A stretch of 64,000 nucleotides of DNA from positions 322,214,001 through 322,278,000 of the forward strand of contig OZ024741.1 in the NCBI GenBank assembly GCA_964016885.1. Direction: 5' to 3'. The position numbers and the translations under genes are program-made. Numbering within the stretch: position 1 is the first letter of the stretch; each line of letters starts with the position of its first letter. Positions 28,076-41,870 of the stretch are shown piece after piece. The notes below the pieces were generated by a model, which had not been told where the DNA came from, did not search any database, and was given only the letters and a program-made list of their open reading frames with translations. The stretch comes from Eledone cirrhosa (lineage: Eukaryota).

Positions 28076-28525
28076 ATAGGCATACATACCTGCACTTATT
28101 CTGCCACTGTAGCCAACAGATTGCACCCTGCACCTGTTGCTGCAATGTGTATTTGCAGAAACCCAACTTGGGTCCGGGACTTATTTTTAGTGCAATTAAC
28201 TCTATTACAAATATACACATGTTTAGCACTCCGTGTATTGTTCGATCGCATGTGCGATCTAAACATCTTTTGTCGACTACAGAAAACCTTTTCCTATCGT
28301 CTTGGTAAACACACACACACACACACACACATGAAACATGCACCACTTATGTTTTCTATATTTATATATACGAGATTACAGAAATGTTTATTTATATGAG
28401 CATTTCGTATATGATTCAATGTACAACCCCGGTACTAGTTGTATATAAATATCCGTTCCGACTCAAAAGATTATATACATTTACTCTCAATATTGACTGC
28501 AATGACCCACTAGTATACACACGCT

Positions 28526-28574
<49 letters not shown>

Positions 28575-28603
28575 AATAATATATATATATTTGTATATAT
28601 ATT

Positions 28604-28672
<69 letters not shown>

Positions 28673-29202
28673 GTTATATATATTTAGTTTCCATTTATTA
28701 ATATCATTGATATTATACCCAGAACAATCTGTCGAGTGCTTCGAATCTGTTATAAATATATTTGTTGAATTACCAACAAATTAAATATCCCTTTGTTTAT
28801 ATATATATATTATAAAGAACGAGGAATCAGTGTTACATCATATCACATTTATTAACTTGCAACCCTACAACTATATATATATATATACACGCACACACAC
28901 GCGCGCGCACCCTCCACGCACAACCCCACCTCCCACAATATATATATATGTTTAATATAGAAATGCCTCCTACAGGACTAGAACTGTTTCATTCGAAGTT
29001 TAGTTCTCTGCTCGACCTCTCATCAAATGCCAATGTAAAATACGCAATGCGAGATTATATAACAATTTTTCAGCTCTCATAATTGCATTGAAACACCTGT
29101 AAGAGACCCCTATTATGTTATAAATCTTTCCTCGAATTTCAACAAATTTTGCCTAATTTTTTCTAGTACCCTGTTCCCTTAATATTACTATGTACCATAC
29201 AA

Positions 29203-29388
29203 GGGTGGTGAATTGGCAGTATCGGTAGAGGGTCGGACATGCTTTCCAGCATAGTTACGTCCCTTTACGATCTGAGTTCAAATCCCGCCGAGGTTCACTT
29301 TGCCTTTCATCCTTACGGGGTCGATAAAATAAAGTACCAGTAATGCACTGGGTTATTGCTGGCCTTGTGCCTAAAGTAGAAACAATTA
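29203..29388 (+). mobile_element. SINE S1
   Basis: Full head, core and tail. Confidence 0.85.
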
Positions 29389-29526
29389 CTATGTACCATA
29401 CTCGATGACGCATTTCATATCATTAAGATACTAATATTACACAACTCCACGTTGAGCACAATTAACCGTTAAGCTACATCTCCCACAAACGCAAATTAAC
29501 CAACATAAAATAGATACTCCTATTTC

Positions 29527-29566
<40 letters not shown>

Positions 29567-29606
29567 TACTTATATATATATGTATGTTTATGTGTATTCC
29601 CCGCCC

Positions 29607-29643
<37 letters not shown>

Positions 29644-29999
29644 AGAGAGATACAGACATAAACATTTGTATGTATATATATATATCGATCTGTCTATCAC
29701 CTATCTATGTTTTTTGATGAAAGCTAGTGTTGACGTTATAAGGCAAAAGTTAAATGCAGTTCAAACACGCCAATATGATATTCACTTACTAACCACACCA
29801 ACTTTACACCTGCTTACACTTAAACATTATCACACATTATGAACTCGACAGCTTGATATACATTATGTATATATGTATATATAGTTATGTAATAAACAAC
29901 ATAAGGCAATTATTTCAATTACCAGTGGTTTCTTAAAAGCATGTATATATATATACACAAATACACAAACGCACAAAAACATATATAGACATATATATT

Positions 30000-30092
<93 letters not shown>

Positions 30093-30098
<6 letters not shown>

Positions 30099-30469
30099 TA
30101 CGTACACGTACATACATATATGTATACAGACGTACAGTAGTATGTATATATATATACATACATGCACACATATATATGTATGTATGGATTCACCGAACAT
30201 TTATTATAATGCTCGGTGTGTTTGTAAACAAACATCCCGTATTAAGCCGTAGTGTCCAGCAACCATCGTTGCTCGTTTGTTCAACACTGTACTAGTTTCA
30301 AGCTTATTGGCTATCGTCAGCAACGTATACCTTCCTGCCAGATTGTTGAACGTATATACTTACCTTATGCATATTAACGGCTGAGTAGCCCAATTTGCAT
30401 ATCGAGTGGGTTAATCGGCCGGGTGCACCGAAAACGATAAACGGAAAAAATGAAACGAAATTTCATTTC

Positions 30470-30471
<2 letters not shown>
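30093..30471 (-). mobile_element. Dispersed monomer of the 424-bp HHR unit between (TA)n tracts
   Basis: Near-identical to about 14100-14490; HHR at 30284-30326. Confidence 0.85.
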
Positions 30472-30533
<62 letters not shown>

Positions 30534-30784
30534 GTGATGTTGACGGACGTAAGAATGAATACTCAATACCGAAGTTGAGTTAATTATCCTTTATTGTGGC
30601 CTAGTGATGAATCTTGTTACTCTGAAGTTTCACCAGACAAGACTGAATATTAAATGGTAGAAATAATAAAGGGAAGACCCTCGTCTAGAATTGTCTACTG
30701 GTTACTAGCAGCTGGGGGCTTATATCTGTGGGATACTTTACTGCCTCTACCACAATAAAGAATATATATATATATATATATATA

Positions 30785-31556
30785 TTTGTGAAATGGGCGG
30801 TGGTTGAAATTCAGATGTGCACGGTTAAATGGTAGTAGACGTGGTCGGACTGACATGAAAATTTACACACCTATGTAAAAAGTGCCAAGGAAGCAAATAG
30901 ACGAGGTTTCAAATCTCTAACTTGAAAAATGTGGTCCCTGGGGCCCCAAAACTATCGTGTTCGGTGAGTTATTTCCTCCTACTTCATACTAATTTTTAAA
31001 CTCATCAACGTTCTTTCGCTGTTAACATACAGAACCAATAATTTGAAAAATATTATTGAAAGTTTATTATAAAGAAGCAGTTTCAGGAAAAAGTGTAAAC
31101 TATCATACAAACCTTCATAATATGCATTTTTAAACTTGCATATCATCGACATTGCTATTTCGCTGTTAATAAACTATCATTCTTCTCCATTTAACGATCA
31201 TACAGTACCGTTTTATGAAATCGATTCTGCACACGGTCACTGTTTTCTATCAAAAGAAATAAAACCCTTAAACTGCGAAGAAGGGACGCGTGTTTTTATT
31301 TTAATTCTAATACATGTTAACCACCACTAACAGTAAGTAGTATTTTTCAAATTGCATATCATCGACATTGCTATTTTGCTGTTAATAAACAACGCTTTTT
31401 ACGTCGCTCCACATCTCATTGTACGCCGTCCAGCCCCAAGTGCATATTTCTATTTTTTTCCTGAAACTGATTCTTTATAATAAACTTTCAATAATATTTT
31501 TCAAATTATTAACTTAATAAAAAGTGGCCCCGGGTGCAACCGGGCTCAGCTGCTAG
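30785..31556 (+). mobile_element. Helitron-like element with a nested inverted-repeat element (about 31037-31510)
   Basis: 3' CCCGG/CCGGG hairpin at 31529-31544 plus CTAG at 31553-31556; ~55-bp inverted repeats starting AATAATTTGAAAAATATTATTG; left edge uncertain. Confidence 0.5.
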
Positions 31557-32485
31557 TATATATATATATATAAGTATTGAAGTTTCCGTTGAAAATTGAA
31601 AAAGTCATAGGAGTGAAGAGTGCTCTATGTAAGTGCCAGAGCTAAATTTAATGTATAATAAACAATAGAATATAATTACCTCATTACCAGAGGTTTCCCG
31701 AATAAGACGAATACGAAAAACGTCCTCATTCGTTCGTCGGATAAGGCAATTTAAAACATAGTGAAATATTTGAAAAATCTCCTCAAGAAAGGCAAAAGTT
31801 TAACGGGCAAAAAGAATATGAATAAAAGTAATGCAAGAGATATATAAAAAAATAAGGAAATGTAGTTAGGGTATGTGTATAAATGTGTGTATATTCACTC
31901 ACAAATGTACATATGTGTGTATATACAAATGCATGTATATAGTGAAAAAATATGTGCGTAAGTACATATATGTGGGCAAGCATATCAGTGAATGTGTGAC
32001 CACAAATACGTATATAATATATGTCGAAAAAGGAATTGTAAGATAATAGAGTTAACGTACATCCAGATACAGGTATTAAGGTATGAAATATACACACATA
32101 CAAGTATGAAAGCACGCGTATAAACACACACACACGCGCGATCACATACATGCGAGTGATATACAGAGGGAAGGGAGTCTATCAGCCAAAGTGGTTTCAG
32201 TCTGAGGCTCAATACATATAAAAATGAAAAAATATAAGAGAATAAAAATGTTTAAATCAAAGAGAAAGTAAGAGGAAGGGGTTATCAATTATAAATTAAC
32301 GCTAGAAAAAAAGAAAACAAACATAGGTTCGTACGTACACACATATATATAGAAAAATATATATATATAAATACGTACAGACAAAAGCACATACATGCGT
32401 TCATACATACAGAGGCGCGCATACGTACACACGAAGCACATATATATATATAGGCACATGTATATCTAATCACACGTACGTACGC

Positions 32486-32528
<43 letters not shown>

Positions 32529-32943
32529 CACACATACATACACATACATATATATATATATATACACATGCATATACACATACATTTACCCATACACACA
32601 CTCACGTATATATAAGTATGTAAAAAACATAGATATAAAAACACACATACACACACATATATACACACACACGCACACATACGAAGGCGTTCGTATACAT
32701 ATACAGAACGCATACACACACATGCACACTCACACGCATAGATACAAATTATAAACCAGCCGTATGAATAAATGAGTACAAATATAAAAGCGGCTGCGAA
32801 GCAACAGAATATATCTGAAGTTGAAAACGCAAGTGACACGTGGTAACAGGTAGTGAAAGAAAATGGGGAAGTAAAATGTGGAATTGTGAAGATATTAGGT
32901 AAGTGAATCAAAAAGTAGGGGGGGGTCACTGGTGGATGTGAAG

Positions 32944-33265
32944 TAAAAATAAAAATAAAAATAAAAATAAAAATAAAAATAAAAATAAAAATAAAAATAA
33001 AAATAAAAATAAAAATAAAAATAAAAATAAAAATAAAAATAAAAATAAAAATAAAAATAAAAATAAAAATAAAAATAAAAATAAAAATAAAAATAAAAAT
33101 AAAAATAAAAATAAAAATAAAAATAAAAATAAAAATAAAAATAAAAATAAAAATAAAAATAAAAATAAAAATAAAAATAAAAATAAAAATAAAAATAAAA
33201 ATAAAAATAAAAATAAAAATAAAAATAAAAATAAAAATAAAAATAAAAATAAAAATAAAAATAAA
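32944..33265. repeat. (TAAAAA)n hexamer microsatellite
   Basis: Uninterrupted run of about 320 bp. Confidence 0.95.
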
Positions 33266-33319
33266 TCAGAAAGAGAAGTCTGTAAAGAGGATAATTTAAG
33301 GAAAGTGAAGAACAAGAGT

Positions 33320-33605
33320 TTATGGAGGATAAGTATCTGAAAGTGAGTTAAGTTTATATGAGCTGGAAAGCAAGTGTGATTTCATGTGTGGGAAACTGGT
33401 GAACATTTCTGTTTTTGCATTTAGGCAGGTTTTTGGTGATTTAAGATTCTGTAAAATCCAATATTTTTCACTTATGCAGAGTGTGCATCTTCTTGTTCCT
33501 CTTGCATATTCTTTAGATTGGTCCAATTTATATTGGATACCTTGGTCTTTCAAATCCCATATTATGCTAGCCAGAGCTGTTGTAAATCTTTTTTCAGGAT
33601 GTCGG
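33320..33605 (-). pseudogene. PLE GIY-YIG C-terminal fragment (same type as 2165-3080)
   Basis: TTALASIMWDLKD, RCTLCISEKYWI, LNAKTE motifs. Confidence 0.75.
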
Positions 33606-33735
33606 AATATATATATATATATGTATGTATATATATATATACATGTATGTAAAAGGTAAACAGAAATAACAACACAATCGGTACAGTATTTGGAAGAAAT
33701 ATATTAAGTTAACGCTTGATATAGCAGGAAGAGGG

Positions 33736-33771
33736 TCTTAACGTTTCGGATGCTAGTCCTTCATCAGAAGA
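33736..33771 (-). ncRNA. Minimal HHR motif
   Basis: rc: TCTT-CTGATGA-A-GGA..TCC-GAAACGTT-AAGA. Confidence 0.7.
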
Positions 33772-34793
33772 AAGAATGAGAAATAAGATAGATTGAGGGG
33801 AAAAAAATGTATTTAGATAAAAATAACAGGTCTATTCATGTTGACATCTCTTAATATATTAAACTTAAGCCAAAATTTCGATTTGTAGGTATCTAAGCTA
33901 TACCGACTGAAATAAGGCGATTTTACTTATATACTCCCTCGACCATGGTTTCTGGAACTGACAAAAAAAACATCATTAATGATTCCACGACATTAGAATA
34001 ATCAATATTGAAAGAATTACAGTTCCTTCATCGGGGGAAGAATCCTTTGGAATCAGGGAAGAAGTTTAATACACATCATACATACCATGTCGTCGCCAAA
34101 CCGCATGGTGTCCAACGTGATGAGTCGCTGAATTACTATATGAATATATCCCACTCAATGTATTAGGACAATACGACGGGCCTATATTGACGCTAGAAAT
34201 AGCAGCCAAAATCGTCTAAATCTTCTCGACAATGATGGAGCAGTTAATATTAATTTATAAAGTTAACTGTCTCTAATACTTAAACATCGCAATGAAAGGA
34301 TAAGATATATTAATAAATTATCTACCCAAAGAAGTAATGGTCGAGGAACTGAATAATTAAAATCAACTTATTTTTGTCGCTCTAGCTTACATCTCTCCAA
34401 ATTGAGTTTTGCCTAAGTTTAATATATTTTAATTTTTCTCTGAGTAGTTAATTTTTTAATATATCTTATCCCTTCATTGAAATATATACATATTAGAGAC
34501 AGTTAACATTATAAATTGATATTATACACTTAAATATATATTATATATATATATAGCATTGTGAAATATGAAAATTGCTTGTATTTAGGAAGCCGCTACA
34601 ATACAGTATTCAAGAAACAAACTTACAAACTTGTGAAATAGAGAAAGAGAAAAGGAAATGGAAAGAACCAGAGATAATGCTACCTTGGAAATATCTATTG
34701 ATCCATATATTTCGGATGTACCATTCATTGTCATGGGTCTTGGAAGGAAACTTTGTAGAATGTTGGAGAGGGCATTTCTCCGCCGCCGTGAGG

Positions 34794-34875
<82 letters not shown>

Positions 34876-35550
34876 AAATAAAAATACAGGCTGACTAATG
34901 GGTAGACTACAGTAAAATAATCTAAAATAAAAAAAAAATTCACAAGTATCCTACCCTCGGGGTAGAGTGTTCGTTAAGCAACCTAAAGCTAGAGGGCTCA
35001 ACAAATATTCCCCTAACTGTAGTTTCATGAACAAAAGAATATAACTGATGATCTTAATAAATTAAGACAGTTCGTTCTGTCATGGGGGGGGGGGGGGGGC
35101 AACCGACAGAGGGGGTTCCGATTATCATTATAAGAAAAGGATATATTAACCAGTTGTTGAAAATTATGTGCGTCCATTGATCCAACATGGTTTACAATAC
35201 TGCACACATGTGTAGATCTACTAACAGGGTAAATATTTGTATATCACAGACTAGGTGACAGGTCTAAAATTGACAATAGAAATAGCAGCCAACATAAACT
35301 GTCTGACAACCCAACATATAAGGAGTAGCAAATATCATATATATGTAAAGTTTGTCAGCAATATACTTTACATCGCGATAAAAAGATTGCTAAAAATCTA
35401 ATTAAGAGAAGCTTATCTAGAAGGATCTACCCGTTGGTCAGTCTGTATTTTTATTTAAGATATTTCTACATTTATAAGGTTCTCTAAATTAGATTCTTAA
35501 CAATCTTTTTTATTCGATATATAAAGCATATTGGTGATAAATTTTACACA

Positions 35551-35624
<74 letters not shown>

Positions 35625-35660
35625 ATAAAATGTTGTAGTTTGCTTGAAGAATTGTAACTA

Positions 35661-35876
35661 ATATATGATGTGGAAAGAGATATAAGGTTAAACAATGCAA
35701 AATGAACTGTAAGATGAAGGTAACGAAAAAAGTAAGTTACCTGGTAATTTTTGTTTTGTTTTTTGTTATTGCTGAAAAACAAAACAAAGATTACCAGGTA
35801 ACTTACTTTTTTCGTTACCTTCATCTTACAGTTCATTTTGCATTGTTTAACCTTATATCTCTTTCCACATTATATA
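35661..35876. repeat. Near-perfect palindrome, ~100-bp arms, ~11-nt spacer
   Basis: ORFs 35510-35836 (-) and 35702-35902 (+) begin with the same peptide; arms read directly as reverse complements. Confidence 0.95.
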
Positions 35877-35952
35877 TATATGTAAAAGGTAAACAGAAAT
35901 AAATAACAACACAATCGGTACAGTATATGGAAGGATATATTAGGTTAACGCT

Positions 35953-35991
<39 letters not shown>

Positions 35992-36018
35992 TGGAGAGAG
36001 AGGTAAGTTATTCAGGGT

Positions 36019-36135
<117 letters not shown>

Positions 36136-36184
36136 ATAAGAAAATACAAAGTAGTTTCAGATTTTAAAGTCCTTTATTGACAAT

Positions 36185-36259
36185 GTTGTGATACACATTT
36201 CAATGACGACAGTGACCACACGATTCCGTGTACCCAGTGCCGTGACATCCTCAGACAGC
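36185..36259 (-). ncRNA. HHR-like motif with long imperfect stem II
   Basis: rc: GCTGT-CTGAGGA-TGTCACGGCA..ACACG/gaat/CGTGT..TGTCGTCATT-GAAA-T-GTGT-A-TC-ACAAC. Confidence 0.55.
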
Positions 36260-37054
36260 TTCTTATATAATAAGGTTATGTTCCCGAGGCAATCCAGATT
36301 GAATCGACAAGGGAACGGACAAAGCGCGTGTTCTTGAATCCTTCGCCCGTTCTCTTGTGAGCCCCAATTCACCTCCACAGGTTTGCGCAGGCGCAAATGC
36401 GAAGGAAGTTGACTATCCACCACCCCAAAACTCAACGAAACTAGCCTAGGTAGCCCCCCCCCCCCCCTCAACCAAACAATCACCCCCATCCATGCCGGTA
36501 ATATGACTCGGTTATAGTTTACTGCTAGTCGCCCTGCCAGTGACTGTTAATCGAAACCTAGTGGTGGTGGCAGAGTATCAGTTTCAATAGGCTTCGATAC
36601 TAGCCATAAATTATGCTTGGACAATAGAATCGACCATCACCCGCTAAAAGAATATAAACTTAATTCTAGATATTATGGTTTCAATTAAGATTGAAAATTA
36701 GAAATTAAAAGTTAAAATCTTGATTGAAGTAAATAAGGATATATATAATAAATAATAAAAAGGGAGATGTTTAAATTATAGTAGTAAGTTTTGAAAGGGG
36801 AATCAATATTACAGGTATATTATCCATATATTGAACGATAGTACCTTACAGCAGAATGGAAAATTATAGTAAGAAATTTTGAATAAGGGGATCAATAGTG
36901 GACATTACAGATATATTATCCATATATTGAACGATAATTAAAGTATGAAACGTAGTAATTAGGCAAACAATTAGTTAATATCTTCTTCTATCACATGAAT
37001 CAAAACAAAAAGTACAAAGATGCAAAATGAGAGAGGAGACATATATGAGAAAAA

Positions 37055-37113
<59 letters not shown>

Positions 37114-37391
37114 AGAAAGATAAACATGTATATCGGTATGGAAATGAGAGTAGAAGTGGTGAAAATGCTTGTCAATTTTGTCCAAGTAAAGTGCATATAA
37201 AAATTCGTTATCGGATGAAGTGAGGGGGCTTCCGTTCAAGGCTTCTGTGCAAAATGCAAGTTACGGCAGGAAAATAAGGGGTTTTACGTTGCTTTCAGGT
37301 CCGCTTATTTATCCGGTCGAAAGTTAGTTTATAATTTTAAGTTCGTCTAGTATATATATATTCGTGAGTGAATAATAATTATGTCATAATA

Positions 37392-37580
37392 ATTGTTTCT
37401 ATTTTTGGCACAAGGCCAGCAGTTATCCCAGTGTATTACTGGTACTTTATTTTATCGACCCCGTAAGGATGAAGGGCAAAGTTAACCTCGGCGGGATTTG
37501 AACTCAGACCAGAAAGGGCCGTAACTCTATGCTGAAAGCATGGCGTCTGACCCTCTTCTGATCATGCCAATCCACTGCCC
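37392..37580 (-). mobile_element. SINE S1
   Basis: rc of S1 head, core and tail. Confidence 0.85.
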
Positions 37581-38655
37581 ATAATGTCATAATAATAATA
37601 TACTATTATTAATATTTGGTTTGCTTAGCTACCGTTGAAACAAAAGGATGGTCTGCCATCTTATAGTGATACTTCATACATTGTGGCTCTTTGTTCAATA
37701 GCAAACGCACATCTTAAAATCTCTGTCTCTATCTCGTACTTCATAAACTTTCTATTTACTCTATTGTGTTGTGTATATCCTGGGCCATCACTAAAAGGAA
37801 TGGGACACAGTTTGGCACTAGGTGTGACTATTGGATGGTAGCACTGGATGGCACTGGACATTGACATTTGATGACACTACTACTTCTATGAATAGTGCAC
37901 CCTCAGATTTAGGAATTTGAGTTTATAAAAAAATGTCCTGAAATATATTTCTTGGAAAAGAGTGCCCACTCAGCACAGGGGTTAATGGTTATGAAGATCA
38001 TCCCCTTCGCCTCTCAAATACTACTTATTATCATTGTTGATAAAATAAGAACTCGCTTCGCCTTTAAAACAAGAAAGAAATCCTTATCTATGTAGAACAT
38101 ATGTCATTTCCCAACCCTTCTGTCCTTTTAGTATGGTCTCTGTGATGACCTAAATTCAGTTAACAATGAAAATGAACATTACAATTAGGGAGAACAATCA
38201 GGAACAAGGAGTTATAACATAATGTGATGTTGAAAACGTTTGAACAAAACAATTCAAACAGATTTAAATTTCACACGGGGTATCATTTATATTTAAAACA
38301 GTTTGATTTATTACTGGTAATTCTCAAAAACATGTTCGCAGTGAAATGACTGAAACAAGTGAAAAACAAATGTAATCAGAATGGATATAAACCAAACGAA
38401 AACAAGTAGATTATTCTTTGTCTTTAAGCGAGGTTGGTCTGGCAAGATCTTTGTGTGTTAGTGTAAGAGTTAAAGAAATTTTCTGGAGGACAAAGGTAAA
38501 CAGCAAACCTAGACAAATCATATATCAGAGTCGTCAGAACATCGGAAACCCTTTTGATACTAAGTTGGTATATGTCAAGTCACTATCTTAGTAATGAAAT
38601 AAATAATAATTTTAGTAAATCCTTCAAAGCTTTCCATTAATTAATTGAAATACGG

Positions 38656-39150
38656 AGGGCGGTGGATTGACAGTATTAATAGAACATCAGACACCATGCT
38701 TTGCAGCATAGAGTTATGACCTTTTACGTTCTGAGTTCAAATCCCACCGAGGTTAGCTTTGCCTTTCATCCTTACGGGGCCTATAAAATAAAGCACCAGT
38801 AATGCACTGGGTCGATTTAATCGACTTTTCCTCTTCCCACCAAATTTCTGGCCTTATGCATATAGTAGAAATTATTAATTAATTGAAATAAAGTACCAGT
38901 AATATACTGGTTAATTGCTGGCCTTGTGCCTAAAGTAGAAACAATTAATTAATTGAAATACGGCCACGAAAGGGTTCTGGCACAATGCGCTCTGATTTCA
39001 AATCTCACTGAGGTCAACTTTGCTTTCCATCCTTTTGGGGTCAATTGATAATGTACCAGCCCATGGGCTGTGGATTTGCGAAACTGTTAAAGAGCGGACG
39101 TGATGCTTTGCAGTGTCTGATTCGGCACTGTGCATTCTGAGTTCAAATCA
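38656..39150 (+). mobile_element. Cluster of SINE S1 copies and fragments
   Basis: Full copy 38656-38875, duplicated tail 38887-38945, fragments to about 39150. Confidence 0.75.
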
Positions 39151-39631
39151 TGTCGTCTTCTACCCCGAGTTGTGACTGGCAGATAATATCAACAAGGGAA
39201 AGACCAATGGAAATATTATCAAATCTGATGATCCACTTCTTCCCGAATTTACTGATAGACCCGGAGTTTCTTCGGCCTGGTTTGTATGTCCATGGTATTC
39301 TGGAAATACTATCAGGACATAATTCTAAGAAATTATCTTTGAAAATTGATTTGGAAATTCTCCAAAATAGTCGTAAATGTTGTTCTTATTAATAAAAAAA
39401 AAAAATATATATATATATATATAATAATCCCCAGGTGTTTATTGTTCATTTTTGAGAATAATCATTTGTAGAATATAGTCAGAAATGTCTCGTTGAATGG
39501 AGATTCAATTTAAGAAAAAGCTGACAATGACTGGAAAAATTCCGTATGTTGGTCGCCATTTTGTTGCTATCTGTCTTCCACTGTAGTTCAGATACACTAA
39601 GAAACTGTAAGGATATACAGCTACGCCTCGC

Positions 39632-39911
39632 TTAACGACAAAGCTCTATTCTACTGACATGACATTGTTGTAGAGCAAACAGGTCAGTAAACGAATTCCT
39701 CATTTAACGACAAAGCTCTATCCTACCGACATTGTTGTAGAGCAAACATGTCGGTAAACGAATTCCTCATTTAACGACAAAGCTCTATCCCACCGACATG
39801 GTTGCAGAGCAAACAGGTCGGTAAACGAATTCCTCATTTAACGACAAAGCTCTATCCCACCGATATTGTTGTAGAGCAAACAGGTCGGTAAACGAATTCC
39901 CCACTTAACGA
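39632..39911. repeat. Four tandem 67-bp units (first has a 5-bp duplication)
   Basis: TTAACGA starts at 39632, 39704, 39771, 39838, 39905. Confidence 0.95.
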
Positions 39912-40169
39912 ACAGGTTCCGTTCTAAAGTCCTTGTAAAATGTCTTTAGATATTGTTTTAAAGTTACCCGTCAGGTGATAAAGTCCATAGGAAGTATGAA
40001 ATGTTACCAAGTATAATTAAATGAATTATCTGAATAAAGACATTCGTAAAAATCTAATGTTATATTTTGCAAAACTCTTAGAAAAGATTAAAAAAACGAC
40101 TTGTTGGATAAAGAGCGAATAAAAAAGATATATATATAAGAACATTTTTTAAATGTGCATAATATAAAT

Positions 40170-40532
40170 ATCATCATCATCATCTTCATTAACATCATAA
40201 TCATCATAATCATCATCGTCATCATCATCATCCTAAGTAGGGGGGTCCTGCCGGAAACGCTCCTTAGCGTCCCGCTCCATGTGTTTTTATCCGTCGGTCT
40301 CAGTTTGGCCAGGCGAAACCTAGCTTGATCCCGACGGACATCCTCCATCCAAGTCCTTTTTGATCTTCCTGGGCCTCTATTGCCTCCTGTATCGACATTC
40401 AACACTTTGTTGATCCAGCCCTCACTGCGCACGACATGTCCGTACAAGTGCAAGCGTCTCGTGGGAAGTACATCTTCTAGGTTGTCGATCAGCAGTTTTT
40501 TCAGGAGCTCAGTTGAGCTGACATCAACTTCA
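40170..40532 (-). pseudogene. RTE-clade LINE 3' end with (GAT)n tail
   Basis: RRLHLYGHVVRS, GNRGPGRSKRTWMEDVRRD; trinucleotide tail at 40170-40232. Confidence 0.8.
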
Positions 40533-41547
40533 GATATGTTGATAGAAAAACATTATTGTCGTAAGTATAAGCTGAGGTTAAATAAGATTGTCCTATGTGA
40601 GGAGCGACTGTATATGGCTGAAATGACAGCATTTGTTTAACCTTTGAGAATTTTGTGGTTTCCTGTTGATACCAAACCGCCTGAAACCACCCCTGGTTTA
40701 ATGATACAAAGCTGTTTAATTTAAGTTTGTATTTATCTAAAAGCCCCCCATCATGATTTTATGTAAGAATCTATGTTGGGTTAGGTGCCAAATATCAGTT
40801 TAAAAATGGAAAACATTTTTTTTTTTACTAATACCCTTGAAATTCTTGATTATTTTCAAAATTAATTGAAAAACATAGGCAGTGTCTTTCATTAGAAATA
40901 TGGTAACGAAAGGGTTAAGATGTGTTCGGCATAAGTCTTATCAGATATTGGCAACACACACATACACAGACACGCGCGGGCGCACATTCACCATCATCAT
41001 CATCTAACCAATGGGATCACAAGCACTCCTAACTTGAAGTTGAAAACTAAATCTTGTTACATTCCGTTGAAGTGTTTCTAATATCAGATTTCCTGACTGC
41101 ACTAAGGACCCAAACACGTTATGACTAGCATTTGAGGTGTGTAATTGATATATCTAGTGAACCCGTGTCACCAATAATGGTGGTATTGGTGCTAATAGCG
41201 TCGAACGTGTTTAATTTTTGGAGTTCAGGATTGGTATGTCATATATACTGGGATTACCGGATATATGCACAACTATACAAACCGAGAAATTTGCGTTTTG
41301 ATAAGTTAATGATTTACATAAATGAAACCTTATAGTTTATGTTGATTACTGACTCGTGGAAATGATTAATGATAAGAAGGATATTTTAATAATTTATTTC
41401 TCGGATATAATTACATAAATGTTCCACATATATGTAAAAATGACAAACACGATAAACTTTGGAGAAATAACTATTTACAAGGTCAAATATGAGGTTAGAA
41501 ATGAGAACATTGTGATTAGATAGCAAAATGGCTGAGATAGAAATTGC

Positions 41548-41639
<92 letters not shown>

Positions 41640-41816
41640 GCTCATTACGATTAGTTTCATTTGATGCAATCAAACAATTTCCTCTGCTGAAATATATTTT
41701 GAAATAAGGCAATAGACAAATTGAGAAGTAAATATTAATTTTTTTTTTCTGTTGTTTATAATTAATATAACGTTCTCTGTCATTGTTTCATTGGCATAAT
41801 CAATCGTATTTACGTG

Positions 41817-41864
<48 letters not shown>

Positions 41865-41870
<6 letters not shown>

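Larger units (their letters stand above)
39618..40610. mobile_element. Possible degenerate pogo/Tigger-like MITE with nested RTE fragment
   Basis: TA|CAGCTACGCCTCGCTTAACGAC at left; GTCCTATGTGAGGAGCGACTG|TA at right (imperfect TIRs, TA flanks). Confidence 0.4.

Noticed and set aside
32926-33315. Poly-FL hydrophobic ORF
   Set aside because: (TAAAAA)n microsatellite
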